Shown: one piece after another, positions 17,801 to 26,330 of the stretch | Layout: each line of letters starts with the position of its first letter | Numbering within the stretch: the stretch's first letter is position 1 | Assembly: GCA_026702755.1 (NCBI GenBank) | Contig: JAPPBX010000017.1 | Coordinates: 13,743-77,742 of the forward strand | From: Candidatus Poribacteria bacterium | GTDB taxonomy: Bacteria; Poribacteria; WGA-4E; WGA-3G | Reading direction: 5' to 3' | Length of the DNA: 64,000 nt | Program-made: the position numbers and the translations under genes | Notes under the pieces: model-generated | The model's database searches: none | Seen by the model: the letters and a program-made list of their open reading frames with translations, nothing else | Told to the model about the DNA's origin: nothing

Positions 17801-20800
17801 ACAATCGGTAGAAATAAACACCACTTGAAACCCGCTCACCCACATCATTTCGACCATCCCAATAGGCAGCACGTGATCGACCTTGATAGAAACCCGCTGG
17901 CTTGAAGCCAAGCGAAAGCGTTCGCACCAATCGCCCTGTCGTATCGTAAATTGATAGCGTCACAGGGGCTGACTCCGAAAGGTGATAAGGTATCCACGTT
18001 TCCGGATTGAACGGGTTGGGATAATTCTGCAACACCAGGCTCTGCTTAGGTACGCCAATCCCCTTAAGTGTAATAGGAAGAACAGCGTTTGCAAGCGCCT
18101 CTGGTGTCACGACGAAACTCAGCTTCTCCGAAGCAATCTCTCCGGTTGCATCCGCAACGGTGACTTCCAGAGTGTCGCCAACCTGGACGACGCTCTGGTA
18201 GGAGAGATCGGCAGTCGCTGCGGCAAAGTAACCGTCTCGCACACGATTCGTCATAATAGCGTTCGTCCGCAGGTTTCGTACAGTGACCAGATAGCCTTCA
18301 AGGTTCTGCACACCTTCTAATTGCCCACTGACAACGAATGCCCAAGTACTACTTGGCGTGTCAATTGATCTTGCAATCGGTGCCGCAGGAACTTGCGGTT
18401 GATTTGTCCACGGTGCCCCGACAAAGGCAACCTGTCGGGCGTGCGGCACGTTGACGATGTATCCCTTTGCCCCTTCAATCGGGAATCCGTTGTCTGGTGC
18501 ATCCGGTGTCCAACCAACGAACTTTTGGTTGACATCATCAAGCTTAATTACCGTCGTTGCGCCAACCATCTCCGCCAGCGACCGAGCGTTCATCGGCGTG
18601 CGAGGCTTCAACGGTGAGGAGATCATGTTCAAGCCTTTGGAGAGAGAGGCGTAGTAGACCTGGCTGAAGTCATCTCCGTCTGTAGGCATTGGGGTGGCAA
18701 TGAAGCCGTGAGTCTGCTCTTCGCCGTCTTCCGAATGAATTTCAAACCAACCGACAATGACACCATCATCGTTAATGGCTTGTGCAACGGTGGTTTCTGC
18801 GCCGGGAATCCCGAATAGGTGAAACTCGCCCTCTGGAGTCCGTAGAAATCCCTGTACTTCAGAGAAATCAAGCGGCGCAGTGTGACCAACAATCCTGCCA
18901 TGATTGTCGATGTCATCGGGGAGCGTATGCCGCTCTGCGTTAATAGACAAAGTTGTGAACTCGCCATCCTCGTAAATTAGCCCATCAATAAACTCTGTTG
19001 GTGTAAATCCTGATTCAGGTAGATTCCAGCCCGCCATCACACCGGCGTTATTGATACCACGAAAAACATTGCCGCCAACACCGCCCGAAGAGGGAACTTG
19101 CCCGAAAGTCCCGTCCGGTTCGCGAAGAAAACTGGTGATGACGATGTCGTTTTCTGTTGGGAAATCGAAATGATACGAAGTGAGCTGACCGAGGTCGTTA
19201 ATGCCCCACCCGAAGTTATCGGCTGCACCCGGATTGACTGTGATAAACATACCGTCCGGTTCTCTCAGGAATCCGTGCTGCACGCCATCCGCGTCTTTAT
19301 ATCGACCCGTGATTTGGCCGGATGCATTGATTCCGAATGCCCGTGTGTCTGTTGCCCCTTCTGGAGCAATCGTCTCGAAGACACCATTTTTGAGCCAGAA
19401 TCCTTTCCGAACAGCGTTTGCATCCGCATAGCTCCCGACGATGTCTCCAGCGTTGTTGATACCGAAAAGCTCTGTCTCCGACGCACCTGCGAACGGTATA
19501 TCGACGACCTCAATATGATACGGTACACCTATTGTCAGGTGTATACCATCTGTGGAGAGGTCGGCGACAGACTCATGGCTGTGGTCAGCGTCATGTGATG
19601 GCGCAGGTCCCAGCGGTGCAACCCAATCCAAGGCTGTCATGTTCACTGGCTGCCCCTCGACAGAAAATGTCCTGCTGACTGATACTGTGTCAAGGTCAAC
19701 CTCAAGAATCTCACCGGTATTGGGATTGCTGACATAGGCGAACCCACTACCGACAGTCAGCGCGGGGCGGAGACCGTCCGCACCACTGAAATCTGCAACC
19801 ACTTGTGTCGATCCGAGCAACGTCCAATCGCTTGGGTTGAACACCTGTAACAGACCGTCAACGGTCAGCACTGCTAACCTATCTCCATGTTTCTTGTCAA
19901 AATCGAAACCTCTGTAGTCTGTTGGGAGTTGCTGAATGTCGTTCGGATCAAGCTCGGTCGAAGTGGGGTGGATACGGACGAGGGCTTTGTAGCCTGGATC
20001 CGGGCGGCTACCGTAATTGCCGATGGCAAACGGCTGGGCGTGATGAGACCTGACGATGCTCGTTCGCAGACCATCAGGATAAGCAATCTTGTGTGCGGAG
20101 AACAGACCGGTTACCGGGTCGTGGGTCATCACAAAAACGCCACCATCCCCCGTGCCATCCTCACGTTTCTCATTACAACCAGCTATGAAATGTTCACCGA
20201 CTATCGTTTCACCGTGCATACCGAGGCAGGATGCTTGGAAATCTTCCTTGTCGTTGAACGTTTGAACAATATTTCCGTGTTCATCAACTACCGCAAAGCC
20301 ACTCGGAAGTGATCCGAACTCACGGTCAGGATCCGGGAGCGAGAAAATTATCTTTCCACCGTGCACCGGTGCTCCAGCACCGTGCTGCGGCGCCGAGGTC
20401 AATATGAGCGTGTCCGGGTTGGGTAAGAACAGGTCTTCCTCGCGCACGGTGACGTTCTTTGAATCTACACCCTCACCAAAGTTGCCATCGAAGTGGATGT
20501 TAACGCGCCCATCGTGTGAAACAAAGTGAATGGGTCTTTGCGAGTTTGCGAGTTCGCCGGTCAGGTTGAACGGCAGCAAGCTCGGTCTGCCTTTCTCCTT
20601 ATCGAAATGATCGCCGTGTGCTTCGAGGTACAGACCGGAGTCGATGAAATTAACGCGATTGGCACCCGCTTGAACAGCGACTGCGATGCGCCCGCTTTCG
20701 GTCGTGTAAACACGTGCAGACCCTTCCACCATGAAGGTTTCTATCACTTCTCCATTGTCAAGTTCAATAAGTTGGAGTAAACCGGTTTCGCCATCTGCGA

Positions 20801-20927
20801 CAAGTAACCGACCCAGCGGCTCAGCATGCTCATCATCATACTCTTGTGCGATGGCTTGCATTGAGAGGATCGAACAAGACATCAAAAACATAAGCAGAGC
20901 CAGGGTGGCTCTCATGCAAGTAACCAT
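17754..20927 (-). CDS. Large secreted surface protein: N-terminal beta-propeller-like region (possibly AztD-like zinc chaperone fold), central HAF-family repeats, and a T9SS-type C-terminal sorting domain
   Basis: The ORF is open from 20990 (TTG). The likely start is the Met right after the conserved leader element (MVTCMRATLALLMFLMSCSILSMQAIA signal peptide). HAF-like repeats (FGINNAGDIVG, AFGINASGQITG, GWGINDLGQLT, FRGINNAGVMAG, AQAINDDGVIVG). C-terminal VLQNYPNPFNPETWIPYHL...VTLSIYDTTGRLVRTL...WDGRNDVGERVSSGVYFYRL is typical of TIGR04183/FlgD-Ig-like CTDs. Confidence 0.7.
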   Translation of the reverse strand: MVTCMRATLALLMFLMSCSILSMQAIAQEYDDEHAEPLGRLLVADGETGLLQLIELDNGEVIETFMVEGSARVYTTESGRIAVAVQAGANRVNFIDSGLYLEAHGDHFDKEKGRPSLLPFNLTGELANSQRPIHFVSHDGRVNIHFDGNFGEGVDSKNVTVREEDLFLPNPDTLILTSAPQHGAGAPVHGGKIIFSLPDPDREFGSLPSGFAVVDEHGNIVQTFNDKEDFQASCLGMHGETIVGEHFIAGCNEKREDGTGDGGVFVMTHDPVTGLFSAHKIAYPDGLRTSIVRSHHAQPFAIGNYGSRPDPGYKALVRIHPTSTELDPNDIQQLPTDYRGFDFDKKHGDRLAVLTVDGLLQVFNPSDWTLLGSTQVVADFSGADGLRPALTVGSGFAYVSNPNTGEILEVDLDTVSVSRTFSVEGQPVNMTALDWVAPLGPAPSHDADHSHESVADLSTDGIHLTIGVPYHIEVVDIPFAGASETELFGINNAGDIVGSYADANAVRKGFWLKNGVFETIAPEGATDTRAFGINASGQITGRYKDADGVQHGFLREPDGMFITVNPGAADNFGWGINDLGQLTSYHFDFPTENDIVITSFLREPDGTFGQVPSSGGVGGNVFRGINNAGVMAGWNLPESGFTPTEFIDGLIYEDGEFTTLSINAERHTLPDDIDNHGRIVGHTAPLDFSEVQGFLRTPEGEFHLFGIPGAETTVAQAINDDGVIVGWFEIHSEDGEEQTHGFIATPMPTDGDDFSQVYYASLSKGLNMISSPLKPRTPMNARSLAEMVGATTVIKLDDVNQKFVGWTPDAPDNGFPIEGAKGYIVNVPHARQVAFVGAPWTNQPQVPAAPIARSIDTPSSTWAFVVSGQLEGVQNLEGYLVTVRNLRTNAIMTNRVRDGYFAAATADLSYQSVVQVGDTLEVTVADATGEIASEKLSFVVTPEALANAVLPITLKGIGVPKQSLVLQNYPNPFNPETWIPYHLSESAPVTLSIYDTTGRLVRTLSLGFKPAGFYQGRSRAAYWDGRNDVGERVSSGVYFYRLSTPSFHQMKRMVILK

Positions 20928-21000
20928 AAATCGTGAAATAGCGACAGAAAAGTCGCGCTGAAAAAAATACGTAAACAATGTATTCTCCAATTTTTTTATC
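20928..21000 (-). promoter_or_regulatory. Conserved 5'-UTR element (copy A) that abuts the start codon and contains the GCGAC-N6-GTCGC stem-loop
   Basis: mRNA sense is aaaaaaattggagaataca.tgtttac.tatttttttc.g.gcgacttttctgtcgctatttc.cgatt.ATG. It is shared almost base-for-base with 26254..26330. Confidence 0.55.
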
Positions 21001-21335
21001 TAATTAGGGCTTACGCAGATCGCTCTTTTGTAGCATAAACTCTCTAACGAAGCGTCATAGACTCAAAATTGCGTAAGTCCTGCTAAATGAAATTACACTT
21101 AACGGCGAACATGCCACGCGAAACATATAAAACGCGTGTTGACATGTAGCCAGTAACGGATGCTTTGCGTAATAGATGTGCTTATGGACATCCCGAAAGC
21201 CGACCACGCATGGGTCCACAATCAGATAGCGTCTACTACAGAGCAAAGCAGCGGTGTACAAAGCGCGGGGCGCGTCATAGGTAACCCCGCGATCTTCGTA
21301 CAATCAAGGATATAAAGGAAAAACAAAATCTGCCT

Positions 21336-21707
21336 TTAAAAGGCATAATTTGCGAGTTCAGTGGAGAATACAGGTGGGGCACGACTTCGGGTGTGGATGA
21401 CCAGTTTTAGAGGGATAGAAGTGTCTTCATAAAGTCGGAGTTCAGTATGAAAAAAGAAAGGTGCGTTGAGAGCAAAAGGTTCAACCTCGAAACTGACGTG
21501 CTGGCTGCAAAAGAAGCAGGCTGCACAGGTATTCTCGCGCTGCGAGTGTTCGCTAGGGCAATGCTGGCAATGCGAATGTTCGCTATGATCGTGTGTCAGT
21601 TCGATGAGACCCAGCAGCGCGACGTAGCAACATAAACCTGCTAAAACACAGATTTTCAAACTACGCCTAAATATTAACTTGTTGGGAAAAGTCGTACCGT
21701 TTCTCAT
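21336..21707 (-). CDS. Small membrane-anchored His/Cys-rich protein (copy A)
   Basis: MRNGTTFPNKLIFRRSLKICVLAGLCCYVALLGLIELTHDHSEHSHCQHCPSEHSQRENTCAACFFCSQHV. There is a paralog at 26873..27220 with many synonymous codon differences over the first ~50 codons (GGT/GGC, CCC/CCA, TGC/TGT, TAC/TAT, CAC/CAT), which argues for a real coding gene under purifying selection. A consensus promoter lies 45-50 nt upstream. Confidence 0.6.
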   Translation of the reverse strand: MRNGTTFPNKLIFRRSLKICVLAGLCCYVALLGLIELTHDHSEHSHCQHCPSEHSQRENTCAACFFCSQHVSFEVEPFALNAPFFFHTELRLYEDTSIPLKLVIHTRSRAPPVFSTELANYAF

Positions 21708-21783
21708 ACACCAGAACCTATGGTTATGATTAAAAAAAATGAATGCGAATAAACTTGACGTAAATTATAGCACGCGATTGTGT

Positions 21784-21812
21784 CAATGTCAAATAGAACT
21801 TAAAAAGTTGAT
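21784..21812 (-). promoter_or_regulatory. Perfect-consensus sigma-70 promoter (TTGACA-17-TATAAT) reading toward the small His/Cys ORF and leader A
   Basis: The minus strand reads tTTGACAttgacacaatcgcgtgcTATAATtta. The -35 hexamer is duplicated in tandem (TTGACATTGACA). Confidence 0.6.
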
Positions 21813-21816
21813 AAGG

Positions 21817-21990
21817 TCACGAAGCAATTCAAAAGCGGTGTCAAGAACTCTCGGTTTCTTTGCACTATTTCTTAACATGAGCCGTTACACTCCTGCGAAT
21901 ATACAGATTCATCACTACCCAATGACCTTCAAGGGTAGTGATGAATCTTATCGGCACTTACTTCAAAATAACCATCCGCTTGAACGGTTT
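21817..21990. repeat. Copy 2 of the ~180-bp conserved 3'-end element with a 13-bp hairpin (ttcatcactaccc aatgaccttca agggtagtgatgaa)
   Basis: See 17612..17800. It lies immediately 3' of the ZnuA-like gene (minus strand) and its last bases overlap that gene's stop. Confidence 0.6.
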
Positions 21991-22954
21991 ATAACTCCGA
22001 TTTCCCAATCAAAGCATGGACAATCGTATCAATATTATGTCGGATCATCCCGATGTAGGTACCTTCAGGAGTTCCCTCGTTTCCCATAGCATCTGTGAAG
22101 AGCACACCACCGATCTTCACATCAAATCCTTTTGACTTCACAGCGGCTTTCACGGCTTCGAGACTCCGTGGAGAGACGGATGACTCTACAAAAATAGCAG
22201 AGATACGCCGGTCCGCAATAAACGTCGCCAATTCCTGTACATCAGCGATACCGACTTCTGTCGCAGTGCTAACACCTTGTAATCCGCGCACCTCAAACCC
22301 GTACCCCTTTCCGAAGTAGTTAAAACAGTCGTGCGCCGTCACAAGGACGCGTTGCTGAGATGGCACGCGTTCCACTTGCGACTTTACGTATGCGTCGAGT
22401 TCCATGAGTTTCGTGAGGTAGCGTTCAGCATTGCTTCGGTATAGGACAGTATTATCCGGATCGAATTCACTCAGGGCATCGCGAACCTTTCCCGCCGCTA
22501 GCATCCAAAGTTTCACGTCAAACCATAGGTGCGGATCGTAGAGTCCCTCGTATTCTGCGGGTGTTAGCAGTAGACTCCGATCTACGGCATCTGTTACGGC
22601 GACCGTCAGCGTGTCCTCCGACATCTTCGCAAGGATGTCCACCATTTTTGCTTCAAGGTGCAGCCCGTTATAGAAGATGATGTGTGCTGAACTCAGTTTT
22701 TGAACATCTTTAGGTGTCAGGTTGTAAAAGTGTGGGTCTACGCCAGGTTCCACTATCCCGGTCACCTCAACGCGCGTACCGCCAACATTTTTAACAATAT
22801 CAGTAATCATACCGATCGTGGCAACAACGCGAAGTTTGTCGCCTGTGGCAGCACCCGGTTGTCCCTTCGGATCACAGCCAGCCCATACCAATATACCTAT
22901 CAAACACACTGAAATGTATATTCTCTGCATAATTTTATGCATTTTCTGCCTCAC
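21989..22954 (-). CDS. znuA: Periplasmic metal (Zn/Mn)-binding lipoprotein of an ABC uptake system, ZnuA/TroA family
   Basis: Lipoprotein signal (...LIGILVWAGC). TroA-fold signatures (LRVVATIGMITDIVKNVGG, VDPHFYNLTPKDV, DPHLWFDV, VTAHDCFNYFGKGYGFE). No znuB or znuC gene is adjacent. Confidence 0.75.
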   Translation of the reverse strand: MRQKMHKIMQRIYISVCLIGILVWAGCDPKGQPGAATGDKLRVVATIGMITDIVKNVGGTRVEVTGIVEPGVDPHFYNLTPKDVQKLSSAHIIFYNGLHLEAKMVDILAKMSEDTLTVAVTDAVDRSLLLTPAEYEGLYDPHLWFDVKLWMLAAGKVRDALSEFDPDNTVLYRSNAERYLTKLMELDAYVKSQVERVPSQQRVLVTAHDCFNYFGKGYGFEVRGLQGVSTATEVGIADVQELATFIADRRISAIFVESSVSPRSLEAVKAAVKSKGFDVKIGGVLFTDAMGNEGTPEGTYIGMIRHNIDTIVHALIGKSEL

Positions 22955-23408
22955 ATGTTAAACAGGTCTTACAGAGGTGCCGATTCACGAGATGCGCGGA
23001 GGCGATTAAAACGCCGCCGATACTGTAGAAGACCACTTCAAAAGTGCCTTCAACGGCTATCTGAGCGGTAGCGATGAATGCTAACGCCGCTATCAGTACC
23101 AAAAACGCTCGCCAGTTTCGGTGGCGTCGAACACCCCACGCTAAACTCCCGATTGCCAGTCCAATTGCGCTCGCAATAAGGATAAACTCAACACGCTCAT
23201 TCGCAAGGAAACTCAACCCAATCAAAGGTAAAACTGTTCCTAAAAGCGGCATCGCGAGGCAGTGGATCGCGCATGCGAAAGGGAGACACGCCGCGCACGC
23301 GACAGAGAGACACGCGCCAGTTGTATTCGCCAATTCGTGGTTAAAATATCTTTTCAATTTTATCTCCTTAGAAAATCGAGAACGGCGGGCGATGATAGAA
23401 ATCATCAT
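22935..23408 (-). CDS. MerC-family inner-membrane metal transport protein
   Basis: TM1 Cys motif GACLSVACAACLPFACAIHCLA (compare MerC GCAACFPALA). LIGLSFLANE. C-terminal CKTCLTCE. Four predicted TM helices. Confidence 0.55.
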   Translation of the reverse strand: MMISIIARRSRFSKEIKLKRYFNHELANTTGACLSVACAACLPFACAIHCLAMPLLGTVLPLIGLSFLANERVEFILIASAIGLAIGSLAWGVRRHRNWRAFLVLIAALAFIATAQIAVEGTFEVVFYSIGGVLIASAHLVNRHLCKTCLTCEAENA

Positions 23409-23423
23409 CCCCGTCCTACAATT

Positions 23424-25703
23424 TTAAAAATTAAGTTTATACAAGAGTTTCGCATTCCGTCCTGGTTCCGGCATCGCCGATTTGATGCGGGACAGATGTT
23501 CGCGATACGTTGTATCAAAGAGGTTTTCAATCTCGAAAACGACCATGTTCTCAAGCTGCCACCACGAAAAATTGAGATAGCTCCCGATATCATAGACGAG
23601 ATAGCCGTCTGTCGGTTCCTCAAATTCACCGAGTCGGGTCTGGCTGCCTGAAAAACGGGACGCGACATACAAATGCAACGGGGCAGGCGTGTAACTGATG
23701 ACGAATTTACCGTTGAGGGGTGGGACACGCTCCAGCGGTCGCCCATTGCTTTGAATCGTTCCGTTGACGTAACTCATATTGAGCTGAAGATGGACTTGCG
23801 GCAGGACCTCACTCCCTATTTGGATTTCAGCCCCATCCATCACAACGTCGTGTCCCATGTATTGATAAATCCACAACCATCCTGCTGCGCCGCTGCCCCA
23901 CTCTTTTTCACCGCTGTTCATCGGAACGAGATAGTTCTGTATCTGATTCCTGAAAAGCGCAAGATTGAGTCTGAATCTGTCGTCTGCGTATTTGACGAAG
24001 AGTTCAGTGCCGTATCCGTTTTCGGGTCCCAGTTCTGAATTGCCGATTTCGTAGGAATAGACAGCCAAGTGCGGACCATCGCTGAAAAGCTCCTCGATCC
24101 CCGGTGCGCGAAACGTTTTCATCAGGGTAGCCCCGGTACTTAGCCTATCCGTCCAATGATAAATTCCAGAGGCAGCCCCTGAGAAACCGTTGAAATCGCG
24201 GCGTTGGACGGCTCCGGCTCGGACAACTGCCCCAGGTCTAAACGGTTCCGAACGTCTAATGTCGTAGCGGATAGCCCCTTGTAAGGTGAGTTTGTCGAAG
24301 TTACGCTGGTTTAGATAAAATCCCGCCAACGCGAGCTCACGGGTGTGAGGAGTCCAGTAAAATCCGTCTGTGGCGTGGTCTCGGTATTCCCACGAAACAC
24401 CTGCAATCGCGTTGTCTAATAGATGCGCCATCGCTGAGACGTTGTAGGTTAACAGACCGAATTCGACACCAAGTCTCCCGTTGGATTCCCATTCCTGATG
24501 CTGATAACGCGTATAGGCAGTCTGGAGTTTTACCTTTTCAAGTATTGCTGTATTGAAGCGGTACTCCATCTGTCCTTCATAACGTTGCTTGTCGAGTTCG
24601 ATGTTGACCCCGCTAATATGTCCTTCTGGTGAGCCGGGAACGCCGTAATCTGAACGATAACTGCTTCCCGAGGCACCGATGAAACCCCACGGCTTAATCA
24701 GCGAAGCACCGCCTGAAAAATTAACATTTGAAAGGGCAGTGTTTTTGAGTACACCTACCGGCGTTTGTATGTCAGATGCAAGCCGCCGATTCCATTCTAT
24801 ATTTCCCGCAAAATCACCAATTGGGAACGTAAAACCTGTCGTTCCGGTCAAACCTGAGTTGACAGATTCACCTTGGAACGTTAGATGCATATCCAGCCGT
24901 CTCGGTAGAATTTGCGGTATGTGATTGCTTTTGACATTGATGACACCGCCCAACGTACTTGAGCCGTAAATGAGCGATGCGGGACCCCGCGTAATTTCAA
25001 CACCTTCAGCGATCGTCGGATCAATCGATACGGCATGGTCGGCACTGGATGCCGATTTATCGCCCGTTCGCTCGCCGTTTTCGAGAATAAGCAGCCTGTC
25101 ACCGCCCAATCCACGAATAACGGGACGCGCAATCGCCCGTCCCATCGTTCGTTGTGAAATGCCCGTCTCATCTGCCAATGTGTTCGCCAAGGTCATCCCT
25201 AACCGTCTTTGGAGTTCCGCTTCACCCAATGCTAAGTCGGTTGTTTCCTCAAACTGTGAAAGAGAGCGATTTGAACCGTATACCCTGATGGTTTGCAGTT
25301 GAAACGGCAACGTCTCCAGTTCAATTTTGAGATAAGGCGTGGAGGCATTGACATCAATTACCTGTTCAAACCGCTGATAACCGACCTTCAGAAACTGGAG
25401 CGTCTGTTGTCCTTCCGGCACTGCGTCAAATTTAAACCGACCGTTTGCATCGGTCCGGACGCTTCCCTCAAGTCCCGCAATCTGGACTCTCACTCCACCA
25501 AGTCGAGCATGCGTCCGTACTTCCGTAACTTCTCCTTCCAAGGATCGCATTGGGTTCTGTGCACTTTGGGAATCCCTGAGATAGCAAAATAGGCATACTA
25601 TTATCCCAGACACCAACACGAGTAGGTAGGGACGCTTTCTAAGAATCCCTACCGTGGGAGATCTATGCGGACAGGCACAAGTGCTTGAACAAGTGCTTAA
25701 CAT
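23424..25703 (-). CDS. TonB-dependent outer-membrane receptor with an N-terminal carboxypeptidase-regulatory-like domain (ZnuD-like role inferred from context)
   Basis: CarbopepD_reg-like segment (GEVTEVRTHARLGGVRVQIAGLEGSVRTDANGRFKFDAVPEGQQTL). Plug (ITRGPASLIYGSSTLGGVINV). Long beta-barrel. C-terminal aromatic residue (...LLYKLNF). Confidence 0.8.
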   Translation of the reverse strand: MLSTCSSTCACPHRSPTVGILRKRPYLLVLVSGIIVCLFCYLRDSQSAQNPMRSLEGEVTEVRTHARLGGVRVQIAGLEGSVRTDANGRFKFDAVPEGQQTLQFLKVGYQRFEQVIDVNASTPYLKIELETLPFQLQTIRVYGSNRSLSQFEETTDLALGEAELQRRLGMTLANTLADETGISQRTMGRAIARPVIRGLGGDRLLILENGERTGDKSASSADHAVSIDPTIAEGVEITRGPASLIYGSSTLGGVINVKSNHIPQILPRRLDMHLTFQGESVNSGLTGTTGFTFPIGDFAGNIEWNRRLASDIQTPVGVLKNTALSNVNFSGGASLIKPWGFIGASGSSYRSDYGVPGSPEGHISGVNIELDKQRYEGQMEYRFNTAILEKVKLQTAYTRYQHQEWESNGRLGVEFGLLTYNVSAMAHLLDNAIAGVSWEYRDHATDGFYWTPHTRELALAGFYLNQRNFDKLTLQGAIRYDIRRSEPFRPGAVVRAGAVQRRDFNGFSGAASGIYHWTDRLSTGATLMKTFRAPGIEELFSDGPHLAVYSYEIGNSELGPENGYGTELFVKYADDRFRLNLALFRNQIQNYLVPMNSGEKEWGSGAAGWLWIYQYMGHDVVMDGAEIQIGSEVLPQVHLQLNMSYVNGTIQSNGRPLERVPPLNGKFVISYTPAPLHLYVASRFSGSQTRLGEFEEPTDGYLVYDIGSYLNFSWWQLENMVVFEIENLFDTTYREHLSRIKSAMPEPGRNAKLLYKLNF

Positions 25704-25713
25704 GGGAGTCCCC

Positions 25714-26253
25714 TTATTGAACAGTTACCGGTATGAGAAGTGCTCCCGTGAAGTCTGGATGGTCCCCGTGAAGGAGTTGAAGTTTGATGCTCGTTTCGCC
25801 TGCCTTCAATCCCTCGAGTCCAAATCCTAATTCTTCACCATGTTCTTCTTCACCATGTTCTTCTTCACCGTGTTCGTGTTCATCTTCATGTTCCAGATGA
25901 ATCTCAATAATAGCGGAATCGTACTCCGACAAGCCCAAGTTGAAGACTTCCTCATGTCCATGCTCATCCACTGCCTCTACTTCATCGAGATGGACTTCCG
26001 CTTCGTTCGCGTCAATAAATACAACATGGACCTCAATCTCTTCACCAACGCCAACGGTGAGACCGCCTTCATGGGCACCTTGATGTTGATGATAGACCAC
26101 TTCTCCATTAACTTCCAGGTTAAAGCCGTCGGCATCGGCATGCATGGGGGCATCCGTTTCGTGGTCGTGGTCATGGTCATCTTCAACAATAGGGTTGTCA
26201 CTTTCGCCACAACCTCCCATGAGGGGAAGTACGGTGACAAAAGTTAGTAACAT
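25714..26253 (-). CDS. His/Asp/Glu-rich periplasmic lipoprotein (putative low-affinity zinc-binding protein)
   Basis: The likely start is the Met right after the conserved leader element (MLLTFVTVLPLMGGCG, lipobox LMGGC). His-rich tracts (EDDHDHDHETDAPMHADADG, HLEHEDEHEHGEEEHGEEEHGEE, LLHGDHPDF). The ORF as printed continues upstream to 26385 by translating the conserved leader. Confidence 0.65.
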   Translation of the reverse strand: MLLTFVTVLPLMGGCGESDNPIVEDDHDHDHETDAPMHADADGFNLEVNGEVVYHQHQGAHEGGLTVGVGEEIEVHVVFIDANEAEVHLDEVEAVDEHGHEEVFNLGLSEYDSAIIEIHLEHEDEHEHGEEEHGEEEHGEELGFGLEGLKAGETSIKLQLLHGDHPDFTGALLIPVTVQ

Positions 26254-26330
26254 TAATCGAGAAATAGCGACAGAAAAGTCGCACCGAAAAAAATAGGTAA
26301 ACATTTGTATTCTCCAATTTTTTTTAAACT
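26254..26330 (-). promoter_or_regulatory. Conserved 5'-UTR element (copy B) that abuts the start codon and contains the GCGAC-N6-GTCGC stem-loop
   Basis: Plus strand reads cgagaaatagcgacagaaaagtcgcaccgaaaaaaataggtaaacatttgtattctccaattttttt. Compare 20941-21000 gaaatagcgacagaaaagtcgcgctgaaaaaaatacgtaaacaatgtattctccaattttttt. Confidence 0.55.

Noticed and set aside
17517-17828. ORFs 17517..17828 (+) and 21739..22089 (+), which share ...SNSKAVSRT.GFFALFLNMS...HHYPMTFKGSDESYRHL.QNNHPL
   Set aside because: They are simply translations of the duplicated ~180-bp 3' element and its hairpin (the palindrome gives an HHYP...GSDES-like mirrored peptide). They have no RBS and no independent coding signal. 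I treat them as non-coding repeat DNA.
25840-26247. Plus-strand ORF 25840..26247 (135 aa) and minus ORF 25977..26240 inside the His-rich lipoprotein gene
   Set aside because: They are shadow ORFs created by the GAA/GAG/CAC-rich low-complexity coding sequence on the opposite strand or frame. They have no start context.
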